Sequence record: PQ863255.1
Source of the DNA: Escherichia phage Ptacy1532
DNA: 64,000 nt
Reading direction: 5' to 3' (one strand)
This document shows, piece after piece, positions 1-9,396 of the stretch (position 1 is its first letter; every line of letters begins with the position of its first letter). The translations under genes and the position numbers were made by a program. The notes beneath the pieces were generated by a model that was not told the DNA's origin, made no database searches, and saw only the letters and a program-made list of their open reading frames with translations.

Positions 1-146
1 AGTATGACTAATGACATGGCCTTAATGTGAGGGTGCCTTAACATGAAGTCCCCTCTATTTCAGCGTACACGGGTTGTTGGTATGAGGTGGCCTTTACGGG
101 TTGGACATGACTAGCCCTTTATACTCTTATTCAGAGGAGAAGAATT

Positions 147-413
147 ATGAATTTAGTATTAGACTTTTTATCAGAGTTGATTCCACGGTTCAGAACGGAG
201 AAATGTGCCTTCATTAAAGAATCCTCTGATAAGTATGGAGATGGTGAGATGATGGAACTCACTTGCATTGGTCGTCTAGTTGACTTGGATGACGATGAAG
301 ATTTTGATGTTACGATAGATGTTAGCAGTTTAGGTTGGTTATTCTTCAGAGCATTCGTATCGTACAAATATGAAACATTTAAAGACTACAGTAAGGGAGA
401 TACAGATGAATAA
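147..413 (+). CDS. hypothetical protein (88 aa)
   Basis: ORF with GAGGAG Shine-Dalgarno 7 nt upstream; stop overlaps next start (ATGAATAA). Confidence 0.5.
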   Translation: MNLVLDFLSELIPRFRTEKCAFIKESSDKYGDGEMMELTCIGRLVDLDDDEDFDVTIDVSSLGWLFFRAFVSYKYETFKDYSKGDTDE

Positions 414-1041
414 TTTAATCAAAGCGATGGACCTTAACGAGTATAATTCACAGCTGTGTCGCTCTGGCTGTAGTTTACAGCATTTAGAAACTATGGGAAA
501 TATTTCAGGATTGGCTGTACAAGATTTATATAGTGGAAGTATTCTTAAACCAACTATTACGGAGAAGAAAGATATGATGAGTTTAGTAGAACAATACCGT
601 GGACTTCAAGTCGGTACTATTGGTGATAAATATGAGAACTACTACAAAGATCGCTCAAAAGTACTTGAAGAAGTTGCACGGGCTAAGCCTTCTACTCTGG
701 AAGTAGTTGAATATGAGTCTACTAAACACGATCACCTCCCTGACTATGCTCGTGCAATGATTGAGATGATTGAAGAAGCTGAATATGAAATGCTCCATGA
801 TTACATTACCTCCAAAGATGAATGGCATCGTGATGTTCGAATCGAAGAGGATGGTACAGAAACAATTACGTGGATTCACAAGAGTGAGCTAGTAGACGAC
901 GCACTGCGAGACTACGAAAAATTTTTGGTCGACGGCTCTTCTATTCTTTTAGAGGAAGAGAAGGGTGCAGAACTTCCGTGGGAAGGTGAGACGATTGCTC
1001 TAGGTAAGATGTTTAACCTGTCCGTTGGTGATTGTAAGTAA
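406..1041 (+). CDS. hypothetical acidic protein (211 aa)
   Basis: ORF track gives 370..1041; ATG at 406 preferred because AAGGGAG SD lies 7 nt upstream; followed by terminator. Confidence 0.5.
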   Translation: MNNLIKAMDLNEYNSQLCRSGCSLQHLETMGNISGLAVQDLYSGSILKPTITEKKDMMSLVEQYRGLQVGTIGDKYENYYKDRSKVLEEVARAKPSTLEVVEYESTKHDHLPDYARAMIEMIEEAEYEMLHDYITSKDEWHRDVRIEEDGTETITWIHKSELVDDALRDYEKFLVDGSSILLEEEKGAELPWEGETIALGKMFNLSVGDCK

Positions 1042-1046
1042 TGTTT

Positions 1047-1070
1047 GCCTCCTTTGGGAGGCTTTTTGTG
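1047..1070 (+). terminator. rho-independent terminator
   Basis: GCCTCC-TTTG-GGAGGC perfect stem-loop followed by TTTTTGTGTTG. Confidence 0.5.
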
Positions 1071-1097
1071 TTGTTGATAATGTAGAAGGAGTATAAA

Positions 1098-1571
1098 ATG
1101 TTTGGAGAAAACGGAGAACTCACGCCTGCACAGGTAGCTGAGGTTACAGGAAGATTACCCGGAGTAACGGAAGAACTCGAAAGCCGTGGTATGAACCCAA
1201 GCAATGGGAAGTTTCAAAAGGGAAATAAATTCGGACGACCCAGAGGTAGTAGAGGTAAACTGACACAATTAATGTTGGACCGTGTTGCTGCAAGTCATTT
1301 GTCTCCTGATGAAGTGTTAATTCAAATTTACGAAGATCCTAATATTCCACCCGATCTTAGATTCAAGGCTGCATCAAAAGTTGCAGATCTGGTATATCCT
1401 AAGGCGGCCTCTGTTGAAGTTAAGATTGAGGAAGAGAATGTAATCAACGAAGAATCATTGAATGCACAAATCAAGGACTTCTTGACTGGAGCACTTGGTA
1501 TCGACGTTATGCCTCCAGAAGAAGACAACTCTGAGGACGCTGAAAAGGGGGATGAAGCGGACGAGAGTTAA
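1098..1571 (+). CDS. putative terminase small subunit
   Basis: 157-aa ORF with AAGGAG SD immediately upstream of large terminase; basic N-terminal region, acidic C-terminus; assignment by position only. Confidence 0.3.
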   Translation: MFGENGELTPAQVAEVTGRLPGVTEELESRGMNPSNGKFQKGNKFGRPRGSRGKLTQLMLDRVAASHLSPDEVLIQIYEDPNIPPDLRFKAASKVADLVYPKAASVEVKIEEENVINEESLNAQIKDFLTGALGIDVMPPEEDNSEDAEKGDEADES

Positions 1572-1732
1572 TTAAAGGAAACAGGGAGCTGTCGAAGATC
1601 ATCTGATTAGCAATCTGAGGATTGTTATATTTTTATTGCCACGATGTTCTTTTGCAGTGTACCCTTGTAGTGGAGAGGGGAGGTTCTTTGACGAAGGGAC
1701 TTTCCCTTTTCTATTTTTAAACTGGAGGAAGT

Positions 1733-3274
1733 ATGTCATTAGATAAACAAATTTATGAAGCTCTAACTGGTAACAACCTTAGTGTAAATGAAAAGAAAGC
1801 ACTATTGAATATGTTGAAAGAGCGTGACCAATGGAGGAAGTATAATAGGATTTTGTCTTTCAAGGCGTATGACTTCCAAAAGAAATTTTATGCAGCAGGA
1901 TTGAAGCATCGCTTTAGATTCTTGTGTGCAGCGAACCGTGTTGGTAAATCTTACAGCGAGGCATACGAGTTTGCTTGTCATGTCACAGGTCGCTACCCAA
2001 CTTGGTGGACAGGATATAAATTTAAAAGACCTATCTTAGCATGGGCAGTTGGTATTACAGGGGATTCCACAAGGAAAGTATTGCAAAAGGAGTTGTTTGG
2101 TACACCTATCGGAAAGGATACAAACTTATTGGGGACAGGTGTCATTCCTCGTGATGCTATCGTCATTGACACGATAGAACGAGATGGTAACAAACTTCAA
2201 ATCGTACAAATCAAACATCAAAACGAAAGAGGAGAGTTTGACGGTTTAAGTACAGTAGAATTCCGTTCAACCCAACAGGGTGAACACACATTGATGGGTG
2301 CGACAGTTGACTACATTTGGTTAGACGAAGAAGATCCATACGAGTCTATGGCTATATTCGCACAGTGCGTCACACGTACACTCACAACTAAAGGTCTAGT
2401 TACAATTACAGCTACACCAGAGAACGGTTTAACGGAACTGGTAGATAAATTTATGAAAGGTGAAGGGGATGAGAACACAGGTTCTCTATATTTCCAGAAT
2501 GCTTCTTGGTGGGATGCTCATGTAGACCTAGGTGGACATATCACTGACCAAGATATAAAAGATATGACTGAAGGTATTCCAGCGTGGCAGTTAGAGATGC
2601 GTTCGAAAGGTATGCCATTGTTAGGAAGTGGTTTGATATATGATGTATCGGATGACACAATTAAATGTGAACCGTTTGAAATTCCTGATACATGGAAACG
2701 TGTCTGTGCAATTGATATTGGTATTGATCACCCAACTGCTGCTGTTTGGACAGCTTACGATGCAAACACGGATACTATCTATGTTTACGACTCGTATAAA
2801 GAAGGTGGCTTTACTCCAGTGTATCATGCTCCAGCTATTAATGGTCGTGGTCAGTGGATTCCTGTCATCCTACCGCATGATGCGGACAATATTGAGAAAG
2901 GTAGTGGATCTTCTGTTGCTCAATTCTATAAGAATGCAGGAGTTAACGTACAGAGTGAGACCTTCTACAACAAAATTGGAATGGATGGTAAAAAGAACTT
3001 CTTTGTAGAACCGGGAATCACAGATATCCGAGAAAGAATGATGAGTGGACGCTTTAAAATCTTTAACACAGCCGCTAACGCTAAGCTATTCGAAGAGAAA
3101 GCTAGATATCACCGTAAGGTTGGTAAGATTATTAAAGAACATGATGACTTAATGGATGCAATGCGCTATTCAGCGTGCTCTGTTACACATCGTGGTCGCT
3201 CTAAACATGATGTTAGCTACGGAAGTGCTTCTCTGTATGAGGCAAACGTAAGCAGATGGAATCAGAGCTACTAA
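1733..3274 (+). CDS. terL: terminase large subunit
   Basis: 513 aa; Walker A-like AANRVGKS, Walker B-like DYIWLDEED, C-terminal nuclease-like region; GGAGG SD. Confidence 0.8.
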   Translation: MSLDKQIYEALTGNNLSVNEKKALLNMLKERDQWRKYNRILSFKAYDFQKKFYAAGLKHRFRFLCAANRVGKSYSEAYEFACHVTGRYPTWWTGYKFKRPILAWAVGITGDSTRKVLQKELFGTPIGKDTNLLGTGVIPRDAIVIDTIERDGNKLQIVQIKHQNERGEFDGLSTVEFRSTQQGEHTLMGATVDYIWLDEEDPYESMAIFAQCVTRTLTTKGLVTITATPENGLTELVDKFMKGEGDENTGSLYFQNASWWDAHVDLGGHITDQDIKDMTEGIPAWQLEMRSKGMPLLGSGLIYDVSDDTIKCEPFEIPDTWKRVCAIDIGIDHPTAAVWTAYDANTDTIYVYDSYKEGGFTPVYHAPAINGRGQWIPVILPHDADNIEKGSGSSVAQFYKNAGVNVQSETFYNKIGMDGKKNFFVEPGITDIRERMMSGRFKIFNTAANAKLFEEKARYHRKVGKIIKEHDDLMDAMRYSACSVTHRGRSKHDVSYGSASLYEANVSRWNQSY

Positions 3275-3279
3275 AGTAA

Positions 3280-3310
3280 GGGGGAGGTTTGTCCTCCCTT
3301 CTTTTATTTA
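3280..3310 (+). terminator. putative terminator hairpin
   Basis: GGGAGG-TTTGT-CCTCCC stem-loop followed by TTCTTTTATTT. Confidence 0.4.
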
Positions 3311-3335
3311 AGCTATCAACCGAGGGAGAGAATAG

Positions 3336-5579
3336 ATGGCTAAGCAAAAATATAGTGAAGAGGTGTTGGACGAGTTACGTGTTGACCTTCAACGTCGTTT
3401 TAATTATGCTCAAGGCTACGTAGATATGGCTGTTAAGGGCTATGCTCGTGAAGCTTGGGAATATTTCTATGGTAACTTACCTGCACCAGTAACTGCTGGC
3501 AGCTCTAGTTGGGTAGATCGTACTGTTTGGGAATCTGTTAACGGTACATTGCAAGATATTATTAACGTATTCTGTTCTGGTGATGAAGCAGTTACTTTCG
3601 TAGCTGACAACCAACAGGATTCTGATGCTGCTGATGTAGCAACTAAATTAGTTAACCAAATTCTTCTGCGTGACAATCCGGGATACAACATTATCTCTTC
3701 TGCTGCACAAGAATGTCTGGTTACTCGCAACTCTTTTATCAAATATTATTGGGATGAGCAAACTTCTACTCAAACTGAGGAAGCTGAAGGTGTACCACCG
3801 GAAGCATTGGCTGCATATGTTCAGGGGTTAGAAGCTGGTGGACTCAAGAATCTGGAAATCTTCACTGAAGAAAATGAAGATGGTACAGTAGATGTTAAGG
3901 TTACTTATGAGCAAACTGTCAAACGTGTGAAAGTTGAATATGTTCCTTCAGAGCAAATCTTTGTTGATGAACATGCTACCTCTTTTGCAGATGCACAATA
4001 CTTCTGTCATCGTGTACGTCGTTCTAAAGAAGATCTGGTTGCTATGGGCTTCCCTAAAGATGAGATTGAAGCATTCAACGACTGGACAGACACGATGGAT
4101 ACTACTCAATCTACAGTTGCTTGGTCTCGTACTGACTGGCGTCAGGATATTGATGCTGATATTGGTACAGATACCGAAGATATCGCTTCTATGGTTTGGG
4201 TTTATGAGCACTACATCCGTACTGGTGTTCTAGATAAAAATAAAGAGTCTAAACTCTATCAGGTTATTCAAGCTGGTGAGCATATCCTTCACACTGAAGA
4301 AGTAACTCACATTCCGTTTGTAACCTTCTGCCCGTATCCGATTCCGGGTTCCTTCTATGGTCAATCGGTCTATGACATTACGAAAGATATTCAAGATTTA
4401 CGTACCGCGTTAGTTCGTGGTTATATTGATAACGTCAACAATGCTAACTATGGTCGATACAAAGCTCTTGTTGGTGCATACGATCGTCGCTCTCTGCTTG
4501 ATAACCGTCCCGGTGGAGTGGTTGAAATGGAACGTCAGGACGCTATTGACCTGTTTCCATACCATAACCTACCTCAAGGTATTGACGGCCTCCTAGGTAT
4601 GTCTGAGGAGCTTAAAGAGACACGTACAGGTGTAACTAAACTTGGCATGGGTATCAACCCTGATGTGTTTAAGAATGATAACGCTTATGCAACCGTAGGT
4701 TTGATGATGAATGCTGCACAGAACCGTCTCCGTATGGTATGTCGTAACATTGCTCATAATGGTATGGTTGAATTGATGCGTGGTATTTACAATCTTATCA
4801 GAGAAAATGGTGAAGTTCCTATCGAGGTACAAACCCCTCGTGGTATGATTCAGGTAAATCCAAAACAATTACCAGCTCGTCACAACCTCCAAGTTGTTGT
4901 AGCTATCTCTCCTAATGAGAAAGCAGAACGTGCACAGAAACTGATTAGCTTGAAACAGCTGATTGCAGCAGATGCACAGTTAGCACCTCTCTTTGGTTTG
5001 GAGCAAGACCGTTACATGACTGCACAGATCTTTGAGTTGATGGGTATTAAGGACACACATAAATACCTTCTGCCTCTGGAACAGTATCAGCCTCCAGAAC
5101 CTTCTCCGATGGAAATCCTCCAGCTTGAGATGACTAAAGCACAGGTTGAGAACGTACAGGCTTCTTCTCAGAAGATGATTGCTGATGCATTCGACCAACG
5201 TGAACGTACTACATTCGAACAGCAGAAAGCTGCGGATGAATTAAGTCTGCGTCAGGAAGAGTTGCAGTTCAAGCAAGAAAATGCAGCAGATGCTATGACT
5301 CTGGAAAACCGTAAAGAAGATAACAATGCTACTCTGGAACAAGCTAAACACAAATTAGCTCTTATGCAACAGCAGGTCCGTCAGTATGAATCTGTACTGA
5401 AAGAATTGCAGATGGTTATGTCTCATCAGGTAGACCAAGAGAAGATTGTTCAGCAATCTCGTGTTCAGGATAAAACTTTGGAACTCCAAAAGAAAGAAGC
5501 TAATGTACCTAAGAAAGAGCAACAAGCTACTCTCAAAGATTCACGGATTCCAGGCAAACGTCTTGGAAGTAAAAACTAA
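3336..5579 (+). CDS. portal protein (putative)
   Basis: 747-aa ORF directly downstream of terminase and upstream of scaffold and capsid; C-terminal coiled-coil; assignment by synteny and size. Confidence 0.6.
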   Translation: MAKQKYSEEVLDELRVDLQRRFNYAQGYVDMAVKGYAREAWEYFYGNLPAPVTAGSSSWVDRTVWESVNGTLQDIINVFCSGDEAVTFVADNQQDSDAADVATKLVNQILLRDNPGYNIISSAAQECLVTRNSFIKYYWDEQTSTQTEEAEGVPPEALAAYVQGLEAGGLKNLEIFTEENEDGTVDVKVTYEQTVKRVKVEYVPSEQIFVDEHATSFADAQYFCHRVRRSKEDLVAMGFPKDEIEAFNDWTDTMDTTQSTVAWSRTDWRQDIDADIGTDTEDIASMVWVYEHYIRTGVLDKNKESKLYQVIQAGEHILHTEEVTHIPFVTFCPYPIPGSFYGQSVYDITKDIQDLRTALVRGYIDNVNNANYGRYKALVGAYDRRSLLDNRPGGVVEMERQDAIDLFPYHNLPQGIDGLLGMSEELKETRTGVTKLGMGINPDVFKNDNAYATVGLMMNAAQNRLRMVCRNIAHNGMVELMRGIYNLIRENGEVPIEVQTPRGMIQVNPKQLPARHNLQVVVAISPNEKAERAQKLISLKQLIAADAQLAPLFGLEQDRYMTAQIFELMGIKDTHKYLLPLEQYQPPEPSPMEILQLEMTKAQVENVQASSQKMIADAFDQRERTTFEQQKAADELSLRQEELQFKQENAADAMTLENRKEDNNATLEQAKHKLALMQQQVRQYESVLKELQMVMSHQVDQEKIVQQSRVQDKTLELQKKEANVPKKEQQATLKDSRIPGKRLGSKN

Positions 5580-5588
5580 GGACGTCGA

Positions 5589-5825
5589 ATGAACATTAGA
5601 CATCAATTTAATAAAGAGCACGCCGCCGCTTTGGCGGCTCTCAACCTTAACGGCAGTCTTGACGCAGCATTAGAGGCATTGAAAGAAAGACTCATGACAG
5701 AGATAGTTCAAACAGAACCTCATGAGAATAAGAAACGCGAAGATTGTTATCAAAAGTATAAAATGGTTGGTAGCTTAAAAGAGGTCATAAAAGCTGCTAT
5801 CAATAGTGCAGGAGATGTTTCATAA
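5589..5825 (+). CDS. hypothetical protein (78 aa)
   Basis: ORF with AAGGA SD between portal and scaffold genes. Confidence 0.4.
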   Translation: MNIRHQFNKEHAAALAALNLNGSLDAALEALKERLMTEIVQTEPHENKKREDCYQKYKMVGSLKEVIKAAINSAGDVS

Positions 5826-6910
5826 TGCCACAAGATAATTATATTGACCCGAACGATTTTAAATCTTTCCTCCAACTGGATGACCTGAAAGGTTCTTTCA
5901 AAGAAGAACTCGGTCGATTAGAATCTGAACAAGAACCAGAAGTGGACATTGACGATGAGTTCCCTGAAAAAGACGGTGACGATTTCGACTTTGATACCGA
6001 CCTTCTCGGTGAAAGCGATGTGCTTAAGTTCGAAGATGAAGATGGTTGGGAAGATCATGACGAGGAAGGCGAAGTCGAAGAAGATGAGGACGACTCCGAT
6101 GAAGGTGCTGAAGACACTGAAGCAGATGAGGAAGACTCAAGCGATGCAGGATATGAAGATGATTCTGCTGACGGTGATGGTGAAGTCTTTGATGTAGACT
6201 ACGAAACCGTTATCACCCTTCCTGATGGACGTGAGATGACTATTGAAGAACTTTCTAATGGCTATCTTACTGGTGCTGATATGACAGAACGAGAGACTAC
6301 TCTTCAGCGTCATATGGAAGCATTCGAGGAACGTGTAGTAGGTTTGAAGGATGTATTAGAACTAGCGTCTTTAGAAGCAGACCGAGTAATTGAAGATTAT
6401 AACGGTTTTGATTGGGACAAGCTTGCAGTAGAAGATCCTCAAGCGTATGTTGAAAACAAACGTTTCTTAGAGAAGTACACAGCTCGCCGTCAACAGCTTG
6501 AACAGGCTCAGGTCCGTATTAAGCAGGAAGCAGCAGCTAAAGAGCAGGAAGCTTTCCAAGCCAAGAGCATTGAATGTGTTAATATTCTGAAACGTGAGAT
6601 TCCAAATTGGGATGAAAACTTATATCAAAACTTAATGCAATACGCAATTGACTTAGGTGCTACTGAAGAAGAAGTATTGAAGGAAAACCGTCCGTCTATT
6701 TTCCTAGCTCTCCATAAAGCATACCAATTTGATAAAGGTAAGCAACAGGTGATGGCTAAGATTAAACGTCCCGGTGCTCCACGCAAGGTTGTGAAGTCTG
6801 ATGCTGCAAAGTCTCGTACTTCCAATAAGCCCGACAACGCTAAGGTTGCCAAGGCATTCGCAGAGGGTCGCGTTAGTCACGAAGACGCATTCAAATTCCT
6901 CGTAGATTAA
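5825..6910 (+). CDS. scaffolding protein (putative)
   Basis: 361 aa; extremely acidic D/E-rich N-terminal half and helical C-terminal half; located between portal and major capsid genes. Confidence 0.55.
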   Translation: MPQDNYIDPNDFKSFLQLDDLKGSFKEELGRLESEQEPEVDIDDEFPEKDGDDFDFDTDLLGESDVLKFEDEDGWEDHDEEGEVEEDEDDSDEGAEDTEADEEDSSDAGYEDDSADGDGEVFDVDYETVITLPDGREMTIEELSNGYLTGADMTERETTLQRHMEAFEERVVGLKDVLELASLEADRVIEDYNGFDWDKLAVEDPQAYVENKRFLEKYTARRQQLEQAQVRIKQEAAAKEQEAFQAKSIECVNILKREIPNWDENLYQNLMQYAIDLGATEEEVLKENRPSIFLALHKAYQFDKGKQQVMAKIKRPGAPRKVVKSDAAKSRTSNKPDNAKVAKAFAEGRVSHEDAFKFLVD

Positions 6911-6950
6911 TCGACAAATTAATTATTAATAGTATAGGAGCTAACATAAC

Positions 6951-8009
6951 ATGGCTAATCCAACTTTATTTGTATCGTATGACCAGAATGGTAAAAAACT
7001 TTCTTTTGCTAACTGGATTTCTGTTCTGTCCCCTCAGGATACCCCGTTCGTATCTATGACCGGTAAAGAGTCTATCAACCAGACCATCTTTAGCTGGCAG
7101 ACCGATGCATTGGCAAGCGTTGACGCTAATAACGCACACGTCGAAGGCTCTCGTGCTGAAGACGGCGAAATGAAACCGACTGTTATCAAATCTAACGTTA
7201 CTCAGATTCTGCGTAAGGTTGTTCGTGTTTCTGATACTGCTAACACCACCGCTAACTATGGTCGTGGTCGTGAACTGATGTATCAGCTGGAGAAGAAAGG
7301 TAAAGAGATCAAACGTGATCTCGAGAAGATCCTTCTGTCCGGTCAGGCTCGTACCGACGTTCTGGCTGACCAGTACCTGACTAACTCTGCAACTGATCCT
7401 GATGTTGTTGGTCTGAACGACACCCATGCAGCTCGTAAGACTGGTGCTTTCCAGTTCCTGTGTGCTCACGGCGGTCTGTCTGGTGGTTTTGTTGACAAGA
7501 CCAAAAATGGTCCTGCTGACCCGGATACTGGTGCAGTAACTGTTAAAGTTGCACAGAATGCTTCTAACCCGACCACTAACATCGGTTTCGACGAAGCTGA
7601 TATCTTTGATATGACTCTGCAACTGTACACCGCTGGTTCTGAAGCAGATATCATCATGATTAACCCAGCTCATGCTAAGATCTTCGCTGGTCTGCAAGAA
7701 AATACTCAGGGTTCACGTAAGCGTATCTTTGAGAACACCAAGCAGTTCATCTACGAAGTTAACAGCATCACTGACCCGCTGGGCCAGAGCTACAAAATCA
7801 TCGTTAACCGTTGGATGCCTACCGATGCAGTTTACTTCTTCCGTAGCGCTGACTGGACCCAGATGGTTCTGCGTGCTCCGAAACGTACTGAACTGGCTAA
7901 AGATGGTTCTTACGAGAAGTGGATGATTGAGATGGAAGTTGGTCTGCGTCACCGCAACCCGTACGCTTCCGGCGTTCTGTTCACTGCTGCGGGAAAGGTG
8001 GTGGCGTAA
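6951..8009 (+). CDS. major capsid protein
   Basis: 352 aa; AGGAG SD; position after scaffold; strong terminator downstream; immediately followed by Ig-like ORF in -1 frame. Confidence 0.7.
   Translation: MANPTLFVSYDQNGKKLSFANWISVLSPQDTPFVSMTGKESINQTIFSWQTDALASVDANNAHVEGSRAEDGEMKPTVIKSNVTQILRKVVRVSDTANTTANYGRGRELMYQLEKKGKEIKRDLEKILLSGQARTDVLADQYLTNSATDPDVVGLNDTHAARKTGAFQFLCAHGGLSGGFVDKTKNGPADPDTGAVTVKVAQNASNPTTNIGFDEADIFDMTLQLYTAGSEADIIMINPAHAKIFAGLQENTQGSRKRIFENTKQFIYEVNSITDPLGQSYKIIVNRWMPTDAVYFFRSADWTQMVLRAPKRTELAKDGSYEKWMIEMEVGLRHRNPYASGVLFTAAGKVVA
7991..7997 (+). other. candidate -1 ribosomal frameshift slippery heptamer G_GGA_AAG
   Basis: Heptamer is aligned X_XXY_YYZ in the capsid frame, 4 codons before the capsid stop; -1 frame is open from 7931 into the Ig-like ORF. 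Confidence 0.5.
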
Positions 8010-8533
8010 CAGTAGACAGTGTGACTGTTAGCCCTGCGTCTTTAGCAAGTCTAGAGACAGGGGCTACTCGGCAGTTCACTGCAAGCGCGGAGAAAAGTGA
8101 TGGTTCTACCGAAACAACTGGCTTTACTTGGTCAGTGACAGGAGGTGGTTCTATCACTCAGTCGGGTTTGTATACTGCTCCGAGTGCGTCTCAATCCACT
8201 GATGTATCCATTACTGCAACTTTAGAAGGTGTTTCTGGTACAGCAACCATTTCTGAAATTGTTGCTCCTGCTCCTACTATTGTAGCTAAGGGTCCAATTA
8301 CGGGTAAAACTGGTGGTTCCTCCACTAATTTCACTACCATGTTTACTGTAACTAATTCTGCTGCTGCGGATTACACGTTTGTTGTAACTCCTACAGAAGC
8401 TGGTACAGTGAGCGCCGCTGGTGCGTTAACCTTAGATGCTGCTGCAAGTGGCGAAGTTACTGTTAAAGCAAGTCTGACAGCTGACCCATCCATCAATGCA
8501 ACATGCACTTTTACTGGTGTAACACCTGCTTAA
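7997..8533 (+). CDS. Ig-like (Big_2-type) domain, probable C-terminal extension of major capsid protein via -1 frameshift
   Basis: ORF track 8021..8533 (GTG start, no SD); sequence VSPASLASLETGATRQFTA...WSVTGGG...GLYTA fits bacterial Ig-like group 2 pattern; no independent RBS. Confidence 0.5.
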   Translation, partial: GGGVTVDSVTVSPASLASLETGATRQFTASAEKSDGSTETTGFTWSVTGGGSITQSGLYTAPSASQSTDVSITATLEGVSGTATISEIVAPAPTIVAKGPITGKTGGSSTNFTTMFTVTNSAAADYTFVVTPTEAGTVSAAGALTLDAAASGEVTVKASLTADPSINATCTFTGVTPA

Positions 8534-8540
8534 AACTAGA

Positions 8541-8566
8541 CCCTGCCTTCGGGCGGGGTTTTTTCG
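8541..8566 (+). terminator. rho-independent terminator
   Basis: CCCTGCC-TTCG-GGCGGGG stem-loop followed by TTTTTTCGTTTT. Confidence 0.7.
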
Positions 8567-8592
8567 TTTTAAGACCTATACAAGCTAGTGTG

Positions 8593-8601
8593 TAATGTAT
8601 A
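8593..8601 (+). promoter_or_regulatory. TAATGTATA motif, candidate phage promoter element
   Basis: Exact 9-mer 33 nt upstream of ATG at 8635 and just after the capsid terminator; same 9-mer recurs at 4 other intergenic sites. Confidence 0.4.
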
Positions 8602-8634
8602 TTCTTTGTCTACATATAACAAGGAGGACAACCT

Positions 8635-9387
8635 ATGGCAATGCCAGATGTTCAATACCCCATCAATACCTATGGGTGGCTAAAGAAGGCCGTGGCCCTC
8701 TGGGCAGATAGGGACGATGACGAATTTGTTAATCAAATTCCAAACTTTATTAACTTTGCAGAGAAAGAGATTTATCGTAACTTACGTATCCCTCCTCTGG
8801 AAAAAGAAGTATATCTCAGTATTAAAAATGGAGTGGCTTTTATCCCTCCGGATTATTTACAAGCTCAGTGGATGATGAGAGCTAAAGATGGAGCAATATT
8901 CCAAGTAACTTCTCCAGAAGAAATAAGCTATCGCAAACAACACGGTACAATTAATCCTTCTCATTGGAATAATCAACCTGTTAATTTTGCTCGTTTCGGA
9001 AGTCGTTTCCTTTTCTATCCACTGATTGATGCTGATATTCCCGTTTACCCGGATGATGGAAGTCCTGCTATTCCAGCAGAGAACTCTGTGATTCTTAGTT
9101 ATTATGCAGATCCTCCAGAGTTTCATGCAGATGAAGACACCAGTGCGATACTTACGATTGCTCCGGAACTTCTTCTATATTTTACCCTTAGGCATGCCTG
9201 TCTTTTTGTTCAGGATGATAACGGTGTTCAAAAATGGTCTGCATTAGGTAAGGCTATTCTTGATGAGATGGTTGAGCAAGATAAGAAACAGGAGTATTCA
9301 GGCTCTCCTATTGCGATACCTAATAATATGACCAGACTTCAGAGTAGCCTACCAGATATTTATGGGATACGTACCTCTAGAGTATAA
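8635..9387 (+). CDS. virion structural protein (putative)
   Basis: 250-aa ORF with AAGGAGG SD downstream of capsid gene; function unassigned. Confidence 0.45.
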   Translation: MAMPDVQYPINTYGWLKKAVALWADRDDDEFVNQIPNFINFAEKEIYRNLRIPPLEKEVYLSIKNGVAFIPPDYLQAQWMMRAKDGAIFQVTSPEEISYRKQHGTINPSHWNNQPVNFARFGSRFLFYPLIDADIPVYPDDGSPAIPAENSVILSYYADPPEFHADEDTSAILTIAPELLLYFTLRHACLFVQDDNGVQKWSALGKAILDEMVEQDKKQEYSGSPIAIPNNMTRLQSSLPDIYGIRTSRV

Positions 9388-9396
9388 GGAGATTTT

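Noticed and set aside
6966-7697. 243-aa minus-strand ORF antisense to the major capsid gene
   Set aside because: Lies entirely inside a well-supported plus-strand structural gene; no RBS; composition typical of an antisense shadow ORF.
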